Assembly: GCA_965140705.1 (NCBI GenBank)
Contig: OZ223300.1
Coordinates: 1,632,001 to 1,696,000, forward strand
Length of the DNA stretch: 64,000 nucleotides
DNA from: an uncultured Arcobacter sp.
Lineage (GTDB): Bacteria; Campylobacterota; Campylobacteria; Campylobacterales; Arcobacteraceae
Direction: 5' to 3'
Part shown: positions 1 to 9,519 of the stretch, one piece after another
Numbering within the stretch: the stretch's first letter is position 1
How the letters are laid out: each line of letters opens with the position of its first letter
Notes under the pieces: model-generated
What the model saw: only the letters and a program-made list of their open reading frames with translations
Database searches by the model: none
Told to the model about the DNA's origin: nothing
Made by a program: the position numbers and the translations under genes

Positions 1-306
1 TTCATCATTCTCATCTAAAATAGGAGTAATCGTAGTATTTAAATAGACAGTTTTTCCATCTTTTGTTAGATTTTTAACTGTTGCTTTATAAGGTTTCTTA
101 TTTAAAATAGTACTCCAAAGAAGGGTAAAGTTACTCTTTGGAATATCTGGATGCCTTACAATATTGTGATTAGCACCTATTAGTTCTTCATATTTATAGC
201 CAGAAATTTTACAAAACTCATCATTGACAAAAGTTATTATTCCATTAATATCAGTTTTAGATACTATATTTGAATTTTCAATTGCCTCTTGATAAGTTTG
301 GCTCAT
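1..306 (-). CDS. PAS-domain signalling protein (partial; runs off window start)
   Basis: Not in ORF track. ATG at 306, right after the hemB stop, gives MSQTYQEAIENSNIVSKTDINGIITFVNDEFCKISGY...ELIGANHNIVRHPD, a typical PAS motif. Confidence 0.85.
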   Translation of the reverse strand, partial: MSQTYQEAIENSNIVSKTDINGIITFVNDEFCKISGYKYEELIGANHNIVRHPDIPKSNFTLLWSTILNKKPYKATVKNLTKDGKTVYLNTTITPILDENDE

Positions 307-307
307 T

Positions 308-1282
308 TTATTTTCTATTTAAAAGCTCACAAGCCTCTTTTGCATGATATGAAATAATAATATCAGCACCAGCTCTTTTAAAAGATACTAAAGTTTCCAT
401 TACTGTTCTTTCATAATCAATTAAACCAGCTTTTTCTGCATTTTTAAGTAAAGCATACTCTCCACTTACATTATAAACAGCTAATGGTAGGTTTGAACTA
501 TTTCTAATATCTCTTACAATATCTAAATAAGCAAGAGCTGGTTTTACCATAAGAATATCTGCCCCTTGATTTTCATCTTGAATTGATTCTTCTATAGCTT
601 CTCTTCTATTTGCTGGATTCATTTGATAAGATCTTCTATCACCAAATGTTGGAGTTGATTCTGCAACATCTCTAAATGGACCATAATAAGCACTTGCAAA
701 CTTAGTTGAATATGCCATGATTGGTAAATCAGTAAATCCATTTTCATCTAAAGCAGTTCTTAAAGTCTCAATAATACCATCCATCATTCCACTAGGAGCA
801 ATCATATCAGCACCAGCACGTGCATGAACAAGAGCTTGTTGGGCAGATATTTCTAATGTTTTATCATTGTCAACTGTTTGAGTTTTTGGGTCAAGTATTC
901 CACAATGTCCATGGTCTGTATATTCACAAAAACATAAATCAGTAGATACAAACATAGTAGGGAACTTCTCCTTTACAGCTCTTATTGTTCTTGCAATTAT
1001 ACTCTCATCACATAAACACTCACTTCCAACAGAGTCTTTAACATCTGGAATACCAAATAAAATAATTGAATTTAAACCTATACTTTGAATATATTCACAC
1101 TCTTTTAAAATTTCATCAATACTCATTTGAAAAACACCTGGCATAGATGCAACTTCAGTTTTAATACTATTTCCTTCCACTACAAATAGTGGATATATAA
1201 AATCATTTGGACTTAAGTTTGTTTCTTGCACTAGTGCTCTTAAATTTTCATTAATTCTTAATCTTCTTAATCTTTTAAACAT
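308..1282 (-). CDS. hemB: delta-aminolevulinic acid dehydratase (porphobilinogen synthase)
   Basis: [14 protein letters not shown]n motif, [24 protein letters not shown]. Confidence 0.97.
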   Translation of the reverse strand: MFKRLRRLRINENLRALVQETNLSPNDFIYPLFVVEGNSIKTEVASMPGVFQMSIDEILKECEYIQSIGLNSIILFGIPDVKDSVGSECLCDESIIARTIRAVKEKFPTMFVSTDLCFCEYTDHGHCGILDPKTQTVDNDKTLEISAQQALVHARAGADMIAPSGMMDGIIETLRTALDENGFTDLPIMAYSTKFASAYYGPFRDVAESTPTFGDRRSYQMNPANRREAIEESIQDENQGADILMVKPALAYLDIVRDIRNSSNLPLAVYNVSGEYALLKNAEKAGLIDYERTVMETLVSFKRAGADIIISYHAKEACELLNRK

Positions 1283-1342
1283 TCTATTTACCTCTTTTAG
1301 ATATAATCTGCACCATTTTAACAGTTTAAGGTTTAAAAAGAT

Positions 1343-1906
1343 ATGAATATAGAAGAATCAAATATTGCAAACTTGCCAACAACACATGGTAATTTTCAAA
1401 TACAATCTTTTAAAGAACATCACAAAGAACATTTAGTAATTTTTTCAAGTAATTTAGGTGATGTTGTAAATGTAAGAGTACATTCAGAATGCTTAACAGG
1501 CGATGCTATAGGTTCTCTAAAGTGTGATTGCCAAGCTCAGCTAAACTTCTCATTAGATTATATAAATAAAAATGGTGGTATGGTTATATATCTAAGACAA
1601 GAAGGAAGAAATATAGGTTTATTAAATAAAGTAAATGCTTATGCCTTGCAAGATAAAGGATTTAATACAATAGAAGCAAATCATCAACTAGGTTTTCAAG
1701 CTGATGAAAGAACTTATGAAATAGTAGAATATATTTTAAACAAATTTAATATCAAAAAAATAAATTTAATAACAAATAATCCACATAAAATTGAAAGTTT
1801 GCCTAACATAGAAATTGTAGAAAGAATTCCTGTAATTGTGGGTGCAAATGAGAATAATAGAGCTTATTTAAAAGTTAAAAAAGAAGAAATGGGGCATTTA
1901 CTATAG
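1343..1906 (+). CDS. ribA: GTP cyclohydrolase II
   Basis: [28 protein letters not shown] motifs intact. Confidence 0.96.
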   Translation: MNIEESNIANLPTTHGNFQIQSFKEHHKEHLVIFSSNLGDVVNVRVHSECLTGDAIGSLKCDCQAQLNFSLDYINKNGGMVIYLRQEGRNIGLLNKVNAYALQDKGFNTIEANHQLGFQADERTYEIVEYILNKFNIKKINLITNNPHKIESLPNIEIVERIPVIVGANENNRAYLKVKKEEMGHLL

Positions 1907-2499
1907 TGAAAATAAATAATTTAGATGAATTAAATTTAGGAGAGGATTTTTTACCAAAATGTGAAGAGTTTAAAAAAACTTTGCAACATTGGGGAAAAGT
2001 ACATAATCTTTCTGCTGAATTAGAAGATGAGAAAATAGAAAAAAATATCTATGATTCTATTTATGTTTTAAAATTTATAAAAGATTATAAGACTGTTGCA
2101 GATATAGGGACAGGGGCTGGTTATCCTGGACTTATTTTAGCAATGGCAAGACCTAATATTAAATTTTATTTAATAGAGCCAAGAGCAAAAAGAGTTGCTT
2201 TTTTAAATTTTATTAAAAACTCACTAAAATTGGATAATGTAGAAATATTATGCAATAGAGTAGAGTATGTAAAAGATATTAAAGTTGAATTAATCACTTC
2301 TAGGGCAGTTACAAATACTTCTTTATTATTAGATTTGACAAAAGATATTTCAACTGAGACTACATCTTATTTATTTTATAAAGGTAGTATGCTTGATTCA
2401 GAACTTGAAGAAGCAAAAATACATAACTATGAAATAATTAAAAAAGATGAAAAAAGAAATTATTTATATATAAACAAAGGGAAAAATAATGGTATTTAA
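1906..2499 (+). CDS. rsmG: 16S rRNA m7G527 methyltransferase
   Basis: HNLS, DIGTGAGYPG, SRAV motifs; GTG start overlaps the ribA stop. Confidence 0.93.
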   Translation: MKINNLDELNLGEDFLPKCEEFKKTLQHWGKVHNLSAELEDEKIEKNIYDSIYVLKFIKDYKTVADIGTGAGYPGLILAMARPNIKFYLIEPRAKRVAFLNFIKNSLKLDNVEILCNRVEYVKDIKVELITSRAVTNTSLLLDLTKDISTETTSYLFYKGSMLDSELEEAKIHNYEIIKKDEKRNYLYINKGKNNGI

Positions 2500-2713
2500 A
2501 GCATTAACAATTATAATCGTTCTATTTGTTGTTTATATTCTATTTTTTAAAAAAAGAAGAGAGAGTGAAATTGGTAGTAGTAAAAAGCCAAAAAAAGAAG
2601 AAGCAATAGCAGATATCATGGAAGAGTGTCCCACTTGTAAAACTTATGTTTCAAAAAAAGAAGCAATATTGAGTAATGGAAAATACTATTGTTCAAAGGA
2701 GTGTTTACGATGA
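2489..2713 (+). CDS. small membrane-anchored Zn-ribbon protein (PP0621-like)
   Basis: N-terminal TM helix, then MEECPTCKTYV...YYCSKEC. Confidence 0.8.
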   Translation: MVFKALTIIIVLFVVYILFFKKRRESEIGSSKKPKKEEAIADIMEECPTCKTYVSKKEAILSNGKYYCSKECLR

Positions 2714-3081
2714 TAATACTTGGTGATGATTTAGTACCATTTAAGGAGACTTCATTTATAAGTAAGCTTGAAGATATAGAAAATACAAAAGCGAATTCTA
2801 CAATTTTATTTGATTTTAATAAAAAGCTTCTAAAATATTCTTATGAAAATAACTTGTTTACGGGAGTTATAGTACATACACTAAAAGAAGCACTTTATGC
2901 AAATGCTTTACATACTAAGTATATTATATGTGATAAACCTCTAGATAAAACGATTCAAGACATTGCAGAAAACTATATGTTTGATTCTAAAATATTAACA
3001 ATAATAGAATCTAGTGATGAACTTGAAATAGTAGCCATGAATAAAATTGATGGTGTAATATATAAAAACTTGTTAGGATAA
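2710..3081 (+). CDS. hypothetical protein
   Basis: ATG at 2710 forms an ATGA overlap with the upstream stop and follows AAGGAG; preferred over the track start at 2689. Confidence 0.75.
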   Translation: MIILGDDLVPFKETSFISKLEDIENTKANSTILFDFNKKLLKYSYENNLFTGVIVHTLKEALYANALHTKYIICDKPLDKTIQDIAENYMFDSKILTIIESSDELEIVAMNKIDGVIYKNLLG

Positions 3082-3083
3082 AT

Positions 3084-3230
3084 ATGAAAGATATACTTGA
3101 TATAATAGTTATTATAGCTTTTGTAATAATAGTTTTTGGGTTTATTAGAGGCTTTAATAAACAACAAATTGAAAAACATACAAAAAAATTAGAAGAAATC
3201 GAGAAAAGGGAAAAAGAGAAAAATGAATAA
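3084..3230 (+). CDS. small single-TM protein, 48 aa (not in ORF track)
   Basis: AGGA RBS; MKDILDIIVIIAFVIIVFGFIRGFNKQQIEKHTKKLEEIEKREKEKNE; fills the gap and overlaps the glyS start. Confidence 0.75.
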   Translation: MKDILDIIVIIAFVIIVFGFIRGFNKQQIEKHTKKLEEIEKREKEKNE

Positions 3231-5238
3231 ACCATTATTAATTGAAATAGGTGTTGAAGAACTACCTGCTATACCATTTTTAAAAGAGTTACCAAATATT
3301 GAAAAAAAATGGAGTGATATTTTAGAAAAATATAAATTATCAACTGATTTTGACTTTTTTTACACTCCAAGAAGATTGGTTCTTTGGCATAGAGAATTTA
3401 ATTTAACGCAAGAAGATACAACTGTTGAACAATATGGAGCTCCTATTGCAATTGCATATAAAGATGGAAAACCAACAGGTGCTGCAATTGGTTTTGCAAA
3501 AAAATGTGGAATAGAAGTAGAAGATATAAAAACAATTAATAATGGAAAAGATGAAGTTTTATACTTTAAAAAAGAAGAAAAAGGAAAAGCTTCAAAAGAT
3601 TTATTAAATGAAATGGTAAATGAATTTATAAATGCACTTGATTTTGGAAAATCTATGAGATGGGCTAGTAGAACGGATAGTTTTATAAGACCTATACGAA
3701 GTCTAATAATGATGTTAGGAGAAGAGATAGTTGAGGGTGAACTTTATGGTATAAAAAGCTCAAACAAATCATTTGCTCATAGAATGGTCTCTTATGAACC
3801 ATTTAGTTTTGACTTTGCAGGAGATTACTTTTGTAAGTTAGATAAAAATGGAGTAATTTTATATCCAGAAGATAGAAAAAAGATTATTTTAGATCAAATG
3901 AAAACTATAGAATCACAAAACAATCTAAAAATAGATATAGACCCTGAATTATTAGAAGAAATTGTTGCAATAACAGAATATCCAACAGCTCTATTAGGTA
4001 GTTTTGATGAAGAGTTCTTAGAGTTACCAGAAGAAGTAATTGTAACTTCAATGAAAGAGCACCAAAGATACTTTGCAGTTTACAAAGATGGAAAATTATC
4101 AAACAACTTTATTGTTGTATCAAACTCTAAAACAGAAGATTTCTCTTTTATAGTTGCTGGAAATGAAAAAGTTTTAAGACCAAGATTATCAGATGCTATG
4201 TTCTTTTATAAAAATGATTTAAATAATGGATTATCAAATGAAGGTCTAAAAAATCTAGTTTTCGTAGATGGATTAGGTTCTATGTATGAAAAATGTGAAA
4301 GAGAAGTAAAAATAGCTTTATATTTAGCCCAAATATTTGAAATAAAAGAAAAAGAATTATTAACTAAAGCAGTAATGCTTTCAAAAGCTGATTTAATGTC
4401 TGAAATGGTTTATGAGTTTACTGAATTACAAGGACTGATGGGATATTACTATGCAAAAGTAGCAGGTGAAAATGAACTTGTTTTTACAGCTTTAAAAGAA
4501 CAATATTTACCAGATGGAGAGGATTCAGACCTACCATCAAATAAATTTTCAGCAATAGTAGCACTTTCTTATAAACTTGATAATCTTATGGGACTTTTTA
4601 GTGTTGGTAAGATTCCAACTGGTTCAAAAGATCCATTTGGACTAAGACGAGCAGCAGCAGGTATTGTAAAAATTGCTATGGAACATAAGCTTGAAGTAAA
4701 CCTGTCAAATATAATTGATAATTTATTAGATACATATAGTGGATTAAAAAAAGAAAAATTAATTGAATTTTTCAATGAAAGATTATTTAAAATATTTGAT
4801 GTAAACCCATCTGTAATAAAAGCAGTATTAGGAAGTGGAGAAGGGGATATTTACAAAATATCTCAAAAAATTTGTGCTCTTAATCCAATAGTATTAAGTG
4901 ATGATTTTAAAGAATCATCAACTACTTTTAAAAGAGTAGCAAATATCATTAAAGATATCGATGTAAATAGTACATTAAGTATTGATAAATCTTTATTTGA
5001 ACAAGATGAAGAAAAAGATTTATATGAAACTTATACTCTGTTAACAAATAAAAAATATAATAATTATGAAGAAGAACTTGATGCACTATTTTCTTTAAAG
5101 CCAAAATTAGATAAATTTTTCGATAATGTTTTTGTAAATCATGAAAATGAAAGCATAAAAACAAATAGAAAAAATCTAATAGGGCTTGTTTATCAAGCAT
5201 TTAGAAATATTGCAGATATAAAAGAAATTACAATATAA
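3223..5238 (+). CDS. glyS: glycine--tRNA ligase beta subunit
   Basis: LLIEIGVEELP, TPRRL, FIRPIR, EFTELQG, TGSKDPFGLRRAA. Confidence 0.97.
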   Translation: MNKPLLIEIGVEELPAIPFLKELPNIEKKWSDILEKYKLSTDFDFFYTPRRLVLWHREFNLTQEDTTVEQYGAPIAIAYKDGKPTGAAIGFAKKCGIEVEDIKTINNGKDEVLYFKKEEKGKASKDLLNEMVNEFINALDFGKSMRWASRTDSFIRPIRSLIMMLGEEIVEGELYGIKSSNKSFAHRMVSYEPFSFDFAGDYFCKLDKNGVILYPEDRKKIILDQMKTIESQNNLKIDIDPELLEEIVAITEYPTALLGSFDEEFLELPEEVIVTSMKEHQRYFAVYKDGKLSNNFIVVSNSKTEDFSFIVAGNEKVLRPRLSDAMFFYKNDLNNGLSNEGLKNLVFVDGLGSMYEKCEREVKIALYLAQIFEIKEKELLTKAVMLSKADLMSEMVYEFTELQGLMGYYYAKVAGENELVFTALKEQYLPDGEDSDLPSNKFSAIVALSYKLDNLMGLFSVGKIPTGSKDPFGLRRAAAGIVKIAMEHKLEVNLSNIIDNLLDTYSGLKKEKLIEFFNERLFKIFDVNPSVIKAVLGSGEGDIYKISQKICALNPIVLSDDFKESSTTFKRVANIIKDIDVNSTLSIDKSLFEQDEEKDLYETYTLLTNKKYNNYEEELDALFSLKPKLDKFFDNVFVNHENESIKTNRKNLIGLVYQAFRNIADIKEITI

Positions 5239-5248
5239 GGATAATAAA

Positions 5249-5389
5249 ATGAAAAATAAATTGGGACTTATTTTAATGGCGGTTTTTATTTTTATTTTAA
5301 GTGGATGTGCAACATGGAATGGAGTAAAAAAAGATACTACTGATGCCTATGATGCGACAAAAGAAGCTATTCATGATGCAACAAAGTAA
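5249..5389 (+). CDS. small entericidin EcnA/B-like lipoprotein, 46 aa (not in ORF track)
   Basis: AAGGA RBS; MKNKLGLILMAVFIFILSGCATWNGVKKDTTDAYDATKEAIHDATK; lipobox LSGC followed by ATWNGVKKD. Confidence 0.8.
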   Translation: MKNKLGLILMAVFIFILSGCATWNGVKKDTTDAYDATKEAIHDATK

Positions 5390-5412
5390 TTAGTTTACTT
5401 TGTTGTTTATTT
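5379..5412 (+). terminator. intrinsic terminator hairpin after the lipoprotein gene
   Basis: CAACAAAGTAA-TTAGT-TTACTTTGTTG followed by a T-rich tract, between convergent genes. Confidence 0.7.
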
Positions 5413-5694
5413 TTAGAAGTAAGGTAAATAGATTTTATAGTCTTTATTTATTTTAAATAATATATTTAAAGACATTTTTTGAAGTAGGGTAAATTTTTTA
5501 TATAAAACAATATATCTATTTGGTAAAAAATCAAACTTAATATTATTTTTTGTTAAAGTATAAGTTATTTTTATCAATTCTCTTTTAGCTGATTCATATT
5601 CATTATCATAATCGATTTTCAAAACTTTATTTTCATTGTCAAATTCGTAGTAAGCTAAGTTAAGTGAGTCAATTTCTGTTTTTATATCTTTCAT
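5413..5694 (-). CDS. hypothetical protein, homologous to the N-terminal extension of the HemD-like protein at 6697..7596
   Basis: Shared blocks LNL.Y...D..N, KITY.L.K.NIKFD and KKFT. Confidence 0.65.
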   Translation of the reverse strand: MKDIKTEIDSLNLAYYEFDNENKVLKIDYDNEYESAKRELIKITYTLTKNNIKFDFLPNRYIVLYKKFTLLQKMSLNILFKINKDYKIYLPYF

Positions 5695-5798
5695 AGTAAT
5701 ACTTTATTTAAATTTGTTATTTTATTATTTTATTATCCATTAGTTAACAGAAGATTAACAAACTAATCTTTTTTTAAGAAAGTGAGAGTATTTTTAGT

Positions 5799-5826
5799 AA
5801 AATAGAGTGAAAATTCACTCTATTTT
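5799..5826 (-). terminator. hairpin terminator downstream of the comEA-like gene
   Basis: AAAATAGAGTGAA...TTCACTCTATTTT inverted repeat immediately after the stop codon. Confidence 0.7.
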
Positions 5827-5827
5827 G

Positions 5828-6073
5828 TTATTTACAAGCAGAAAATGAGATTTTACCTTCATTTTTTTGTAATAGCGCTTTTCCAATACCTTTTACATTT
5901 AAAAGCTCATCTTTATTTTTAAAACATTTGTGTTGAGTTCTATATTGAACAATGGATTCAGCTTTTTTATCTCCAATTCCATTTAGAGTTTTTAATTCCT
6001 CAACAGAAGCTTTATTTATATCAATTGCAAATAAAGCCAAACAAAACAACACTAGCATCAAAATGATTTTCAT
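5828..6073 (-). CDS. ComEA-family helix-hairpin-helix DNA-binding protein
   Basis: Signal peptide, IDINKASVEEL..LNGIGDKKAESIVQYR and VKGIG HhH repeats; AAGGAG RBS. Confidence 0.9.
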   Translation of the reverse strand: MKIILMLVLFCLALFAIDINKASVEELKTLNGIGDKKAESIVQYRTQHKCFKNKDELLNVKGIGKALLQKNEGKISFSACK

Positions 6074-6169
6074 TTCTTCTCCTTAATTTAAATAATATAT
6101 TATTATAAAATTTAAATTAATTAATGCTTTAATAGCTACTTAAAAATAATTAAAAAGTTTAAAATATGT

Positions 6170-6670
6170 TTATTTATTATTTATATACTCTAAAACATCC
6201 TTAAAATCACCAAATATAATCTTCTCCACACTACATGCAATCATTAAATTTATAGAATAATCAAAATCCTCTATAAGCATATTATCACTGTCTACATATA
6301 CATTATTATGAAGATGTTTTTCATTGTCACAAAAGCTATCCAAATAACTTTGTTCATTTTGCATATAGCCATAAACATCTTTTCCTAAAGCTTTTGCATA
6401 TCCACATTCCCAAATTGTTCCAGAATCAGCCTCTTTACCACGAAATTGATTCAAGTTTGCTATAACGATATCAGATTGATGTATCAATTCAACATTTGCT
6501 TTATAAATATCTTGAGCTATTTTTTGTTTACTTTGATTAAAATCAACAACATTGTCTAAAGGATATAAACCTATATAACCATACTCTTTACAAAGAGTAG
6601 AGTAATTTTCTCCTATTTGTATAGAGTCTTGTTTAAAAACATCAAATCCAGCAATATATATTTTTTTCAT
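6170..6670 (-). CDS. nucleoside 2-deoxyribosyltransferase family protein
   Basis: KIYIAGFDVF, FRGKEADSGTIWECGYA, INLMI motifs. Confidence 0.88.
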   Translation of the reverse strand: MKKIYIAGFDVFKQDSIQIGENYSTLCKEYGYIGLYPLDNVVDFNQSKQKIAQDIYKANVELIHQSDIVIANLNQFRGKEADSGTIWECGYAKALGKDVYGYMQNEQSYLDSFCDNEKHLHNNVYVDSDNMLIEDFDYSINLMIACSVEKIIFGDFKDVLEYINNK

Positions 6671-6696
6671 ATTATTTTAGTCCTATTTTATTGTAT

Positions 6697-7596
6697 CTAT
6701 AAAAGTATTGCTTTTTTTATACAAGAGCTCAAAGAAGTCTTATCTGAAAGTATTGGTTTAACATTAGAGGGGAAATACTTTAATGTTGTTTCTCCAATCG
6801 ATATTGCTTTAAAGCTGTGATGCCATTTAAATGTTTTAAAAAAGTATTCTACTGTAGAAGGAGATGAGAATATTATCTTTGAATTCTTAGGTAAAACCTC
6901 TTTTACTAAAGGTTCTACATAATTATTCTCATAAAGAATTACTTCTTCTGATGAGATACCATTTTTATTTAAATCATTACTTATATTTGAGGTAATTTTA
7001 TTACCTCTTACATATAAAACTTTTTTATTTTTTAATTTATATATTAATTCATTTGTAAATTCGTGTGTATTACTTTTATTTGCAATTAAACTAATATGTC
7101 CACCTAATTCTTTAACCTTCTTTGCACTTTCTTTACCAATAACATAACAAGGAATGTCTTTCCACGCACTATTAACCTTATTTATACCTATAACCCCATT
7201 TTGTGAGCTAAAGACTAAAGCATCATATTTACTAAGGTCTATGTCTTTTTTTAAATACTTTATTTCAAATAAAGGAATATTTTTTGCCCATTTTCTTTTT
7301 TGATTATTCAGTAAAAATATATTAGCTTTTGAATTATTATAATCTTCTATTTTATTCTTTATTTTTTTTACTATTTTTTCAAAAATTGTAAACTTTTTAT
7401 TTATTGCAATCAAACTATTATCCTCAAAAACATCAAATTTTATATTATGTTTTGAAAGAAAATATGTGATTTTAAAAAACTCCTTTTTTACATTTTCATT
7501 AGTATAATCTATATCATTTATAAATAAACCATTTTTATAGTCATAATCAAAGTAGATAAGATTAAGTGTTGGAATAATTTGTTCAATTTTTTTCAT
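6697..7596 (-). CDS. uroporphyrinogen-III synthase (HemD)-like protein with ~90-aa N-terminal extension
   Basis: C-terminal ~210 aa resembles hemD at 50825 (YDALVFSSQNGV, KKVLYVRG, IIFSSPSTV, AISIGETT). Confidence 0.85.
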   Translation of the reverse strand: MKKIEQIIPTLNLIYFDYDYKNGLFINDIDYTNENVKKEFFKITYFLSKHNIKFDVFEDNSLIAINKKFTIFEKIVKKIKNKIEDYNNSKANIFLLNNQKRKWAKNIPLFEIKYLKKDIDLSKYDALVFSSQNGVIGINKVNSAWKDIPCYVIGKESAKKVKELGGHISLIANKSNTHEFTNELIYKLKNKKVLYVRGNKITSNISNDLNKNGISSEEVILYENNYVEPLVKEVLPKNSKIIFSSPSTVEYFFKTFKWHHSFKAISIGETTLKYFPSNVKPILSDKTSLSSCIKKAILL

Positions 7597-7681
7597 TATA
7601 AATACTCTTTTAAAATTTTATTAGATGATAATACATATTAATTAATAGAGGGTTAATAAAAAATATTTTGTAGTAGAAAAT

Positions 7682-7758
<77 letters not shown>

Positions 7759-7770
7759 CCATATAATTTT

Positions 7771-7845
7771 TGGATGGGGTAGCAGGATTCGAACCTGCGA
7801 ATATCGGCACCAAAAGCCGAGGCCTTACCACTTGGCGATACCCCA
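7771..7845 (-). tRNA. tRNA-Gln (TTG)
   Basis: 75 nt; TGGGGTA acceptor arm, TTG anticodon, GTTCGAATC T-loop, encoded CCA. Confidence 0.96.
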
Positions 7846-7860
7846 AATTTTGAGATGAGA

Positions 7861-7889
7861 ATTATAGTAAATTTTTATATTTTTGTCAA
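7861..7889 (-). promoter_or_regulatory. sigma70 promoter of the tRNA pair
   Basis: Perfect TTGACA (7889-7884), 17 nt spacer, TATAAT (7866-7861). Confidence 0.9.
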
Positions 7890-7917
7890 GAGAATTTATA
7901 TTTATTTTTGTATATTT

Positions 7918-7926
7918 TGATATAAT
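7918..7926 (+). promoter_or_regulatory. extended -10 promoter for ribBA
   Basis: TGaTATAAT about 37 nt upstream of the ATG. Confidence 0.6.
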
Positions 7927-7962
7927 CTACTTATATATAAAAATAATTAAAAGAGATTTAAA

Positions 7963-8994
7963 ATGTCAGCAATTAAAAGAGTACAAGAAGCTATTGAAGA
8001 GATAAGAAAAGGTAACATGGTAATCATGTTAGATGATGAAGATAGAGAAAATGAAGGTGATTTAGTTTATGCAGCAGCATTATCTACTCCACAAAAAGTA
8101 AATTTCATGGCAAGTCATGCAAAAGGTCTTATTTGTGTATCAGTTACAAAAAATACAGCAAATAGATTAGAATTAAATCCAATGGTTGTTGCAAATACAT
8201 CATCATATGAAACTGCATTTACAGTTTCAGTTGATGCAGCAAGTGCTAGTACAGGTATTAGTGCAGGAGAGAGAGATGATACAATTAAAATATTAGCAAA
8301 TCCTGTAAGTAATACTAAAGAGTTAGTAAAACCTGGACATATTTTCCCTCTAATTGCAAAAGATGGAGGAGTATTAGTTAGAACAGGCCATACAGAAGGT
8401 TCTATTGACTTATGTAAATTAGCAGGGTTTAATGGTGAAGCTGTTATTTGTGAAATTATGAAAGATGATGGAACAATGGCAAGAAGAGACGATTTAGATA
8501 TTTTTGCTCAAAAACATAATCTAAAACAAATTTATATCTCTGACTTAGTAGAGTATAGATTATCACATGAAATATTAGTAGAAGAAGTTTCTTCTTCAAA
8601 TATAAACTTTTTTGGAAAAGAAGTTATAAAAAAAGAGTTTAAAGATCATTTAAATAATGTTCATACTGCAATTATATTTGGTAACTTTGAAGATACAACG
8701 CATGTTAAATTTCATTCAGTAATTCCAGATATTCAACTATTTTTGAATGATGATAAATTAAATTCTATGATAAAAACTATAAATTTTTTACAAGCGAAAA
8801 ATGGGATTTTGATTTTTCTTAATGAATTTATGAATCATCCAGAATCAAAAAAAGACTATGGAATAGGGGCACAAATACTTAATCTATTTGATATTAAAAA
8901 GATTAAATTACTTACAAGTGGAGGGAAACATTCATTTGTAGGATTAACTGGTTTTGGTTTAGAAATTGTGGAAGAAATCCAAATAGAAGGATAA
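7963..8994 (+). CDS. ribBA: 3,4-dihydroxy-2-butanone-4-phosphate synthase fused to a degenerate GTP cyclohydrolase II domain (RibBX type)
   Basis: DDEDRENEGD, TAFTVS, PGHIFPL, RTGHTE; the C-terminal domain lacks the Zn cysteines. Confidence 0.92.
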   Translation: MSAIKRVQEAIEEIRKGNMVIMLDDEDRENEGDLVYAAALSTPQKVNFMASHAKGLICVSVTKNTANRLELNPMVVANTSSYETAFTVSVDAASASTGISAGERDDTIKILANPVSNTKELVKPGHIFPLIAKDGGVLVRTGHTEGSIDLCKLAGFNGEAVICEIMKDDGTMARRDDLDIFAQKHNLKQIYISDLVEYRLSHEILVEEVSSSNINFFGKEVIKKEFKDHLNNVHTAIIFGNFEDTTHVKFHSVIPDIQLFLNDDKLNSMIKTINFLQAKNGILIFLNEFMNHPESKKDYGIGAQILNLFDIKKIKLLTSGGKHSFVGLTGFGLEIVEEIQIEG

Positions 8995-9011
8995 AAGTTC
9001 GTAGAAGGGAG

Positions 9012-9506
9012 TTAGTTAATCCCTGCTACTGTTTTAACTAATTTAAGTGATTTTTTTATCTTTATAATATCTTCAGATAACTCTTTCATATTTTCTTTAT
9101 AATATGTCGAAGACTCAATTATATTTATTCTATTTTCAAGTTTTAAAATAGAGTTAGCTTTAGTATCTTCATCTTCAATATTAATATAATTTAATGGATT
9201 TTGACTAGAAAGTTTTTTTATTCTAAATAAAAAAAGGTATTTATTATCCGGATTTTCTCCAAAAAAGTTACAAATCTCATTATAAACTTCCTCTTTTGAT
9301 GAATCAAACTTATTATATATTACACTTACATAATCATTTAAAAAGATTTCATAGTTCTCATAATCTATAAAGAAATCTTTTAAAGAGAGTTCTTCTATCT
9401 CTTCTTTATTCTTAAACTTCTCATCACTCATATGAACAGCACATAAATATGCTACTTTAGAACATTTTTTCTCAATATCTTTTAAAATATTTTCTAATTC
9501 CATCAT
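9012..9506 (-). CDS. hypothetical protein
   Basis: 164-aa ORF with AAGGA RBS; no recognised motif. Confidence 0.7.
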   Translation of the reverse strand: MMELENILKDIEKKCSKVAYLCAVHMSDEKFKNKEEIEELSLKDFFIDYENYEIFLNDYVSVIYNKFDSSKEEVYNEICNFFGENPDNKYLFLFRIKKLSSQNPLNYINIEDEDTKANSILKLENRINIIESSTYYKENMKELSEDIIKIKKSLKLVKTVAGIN

Positions 9507-9519
9507 TTTATCCTTAAAT

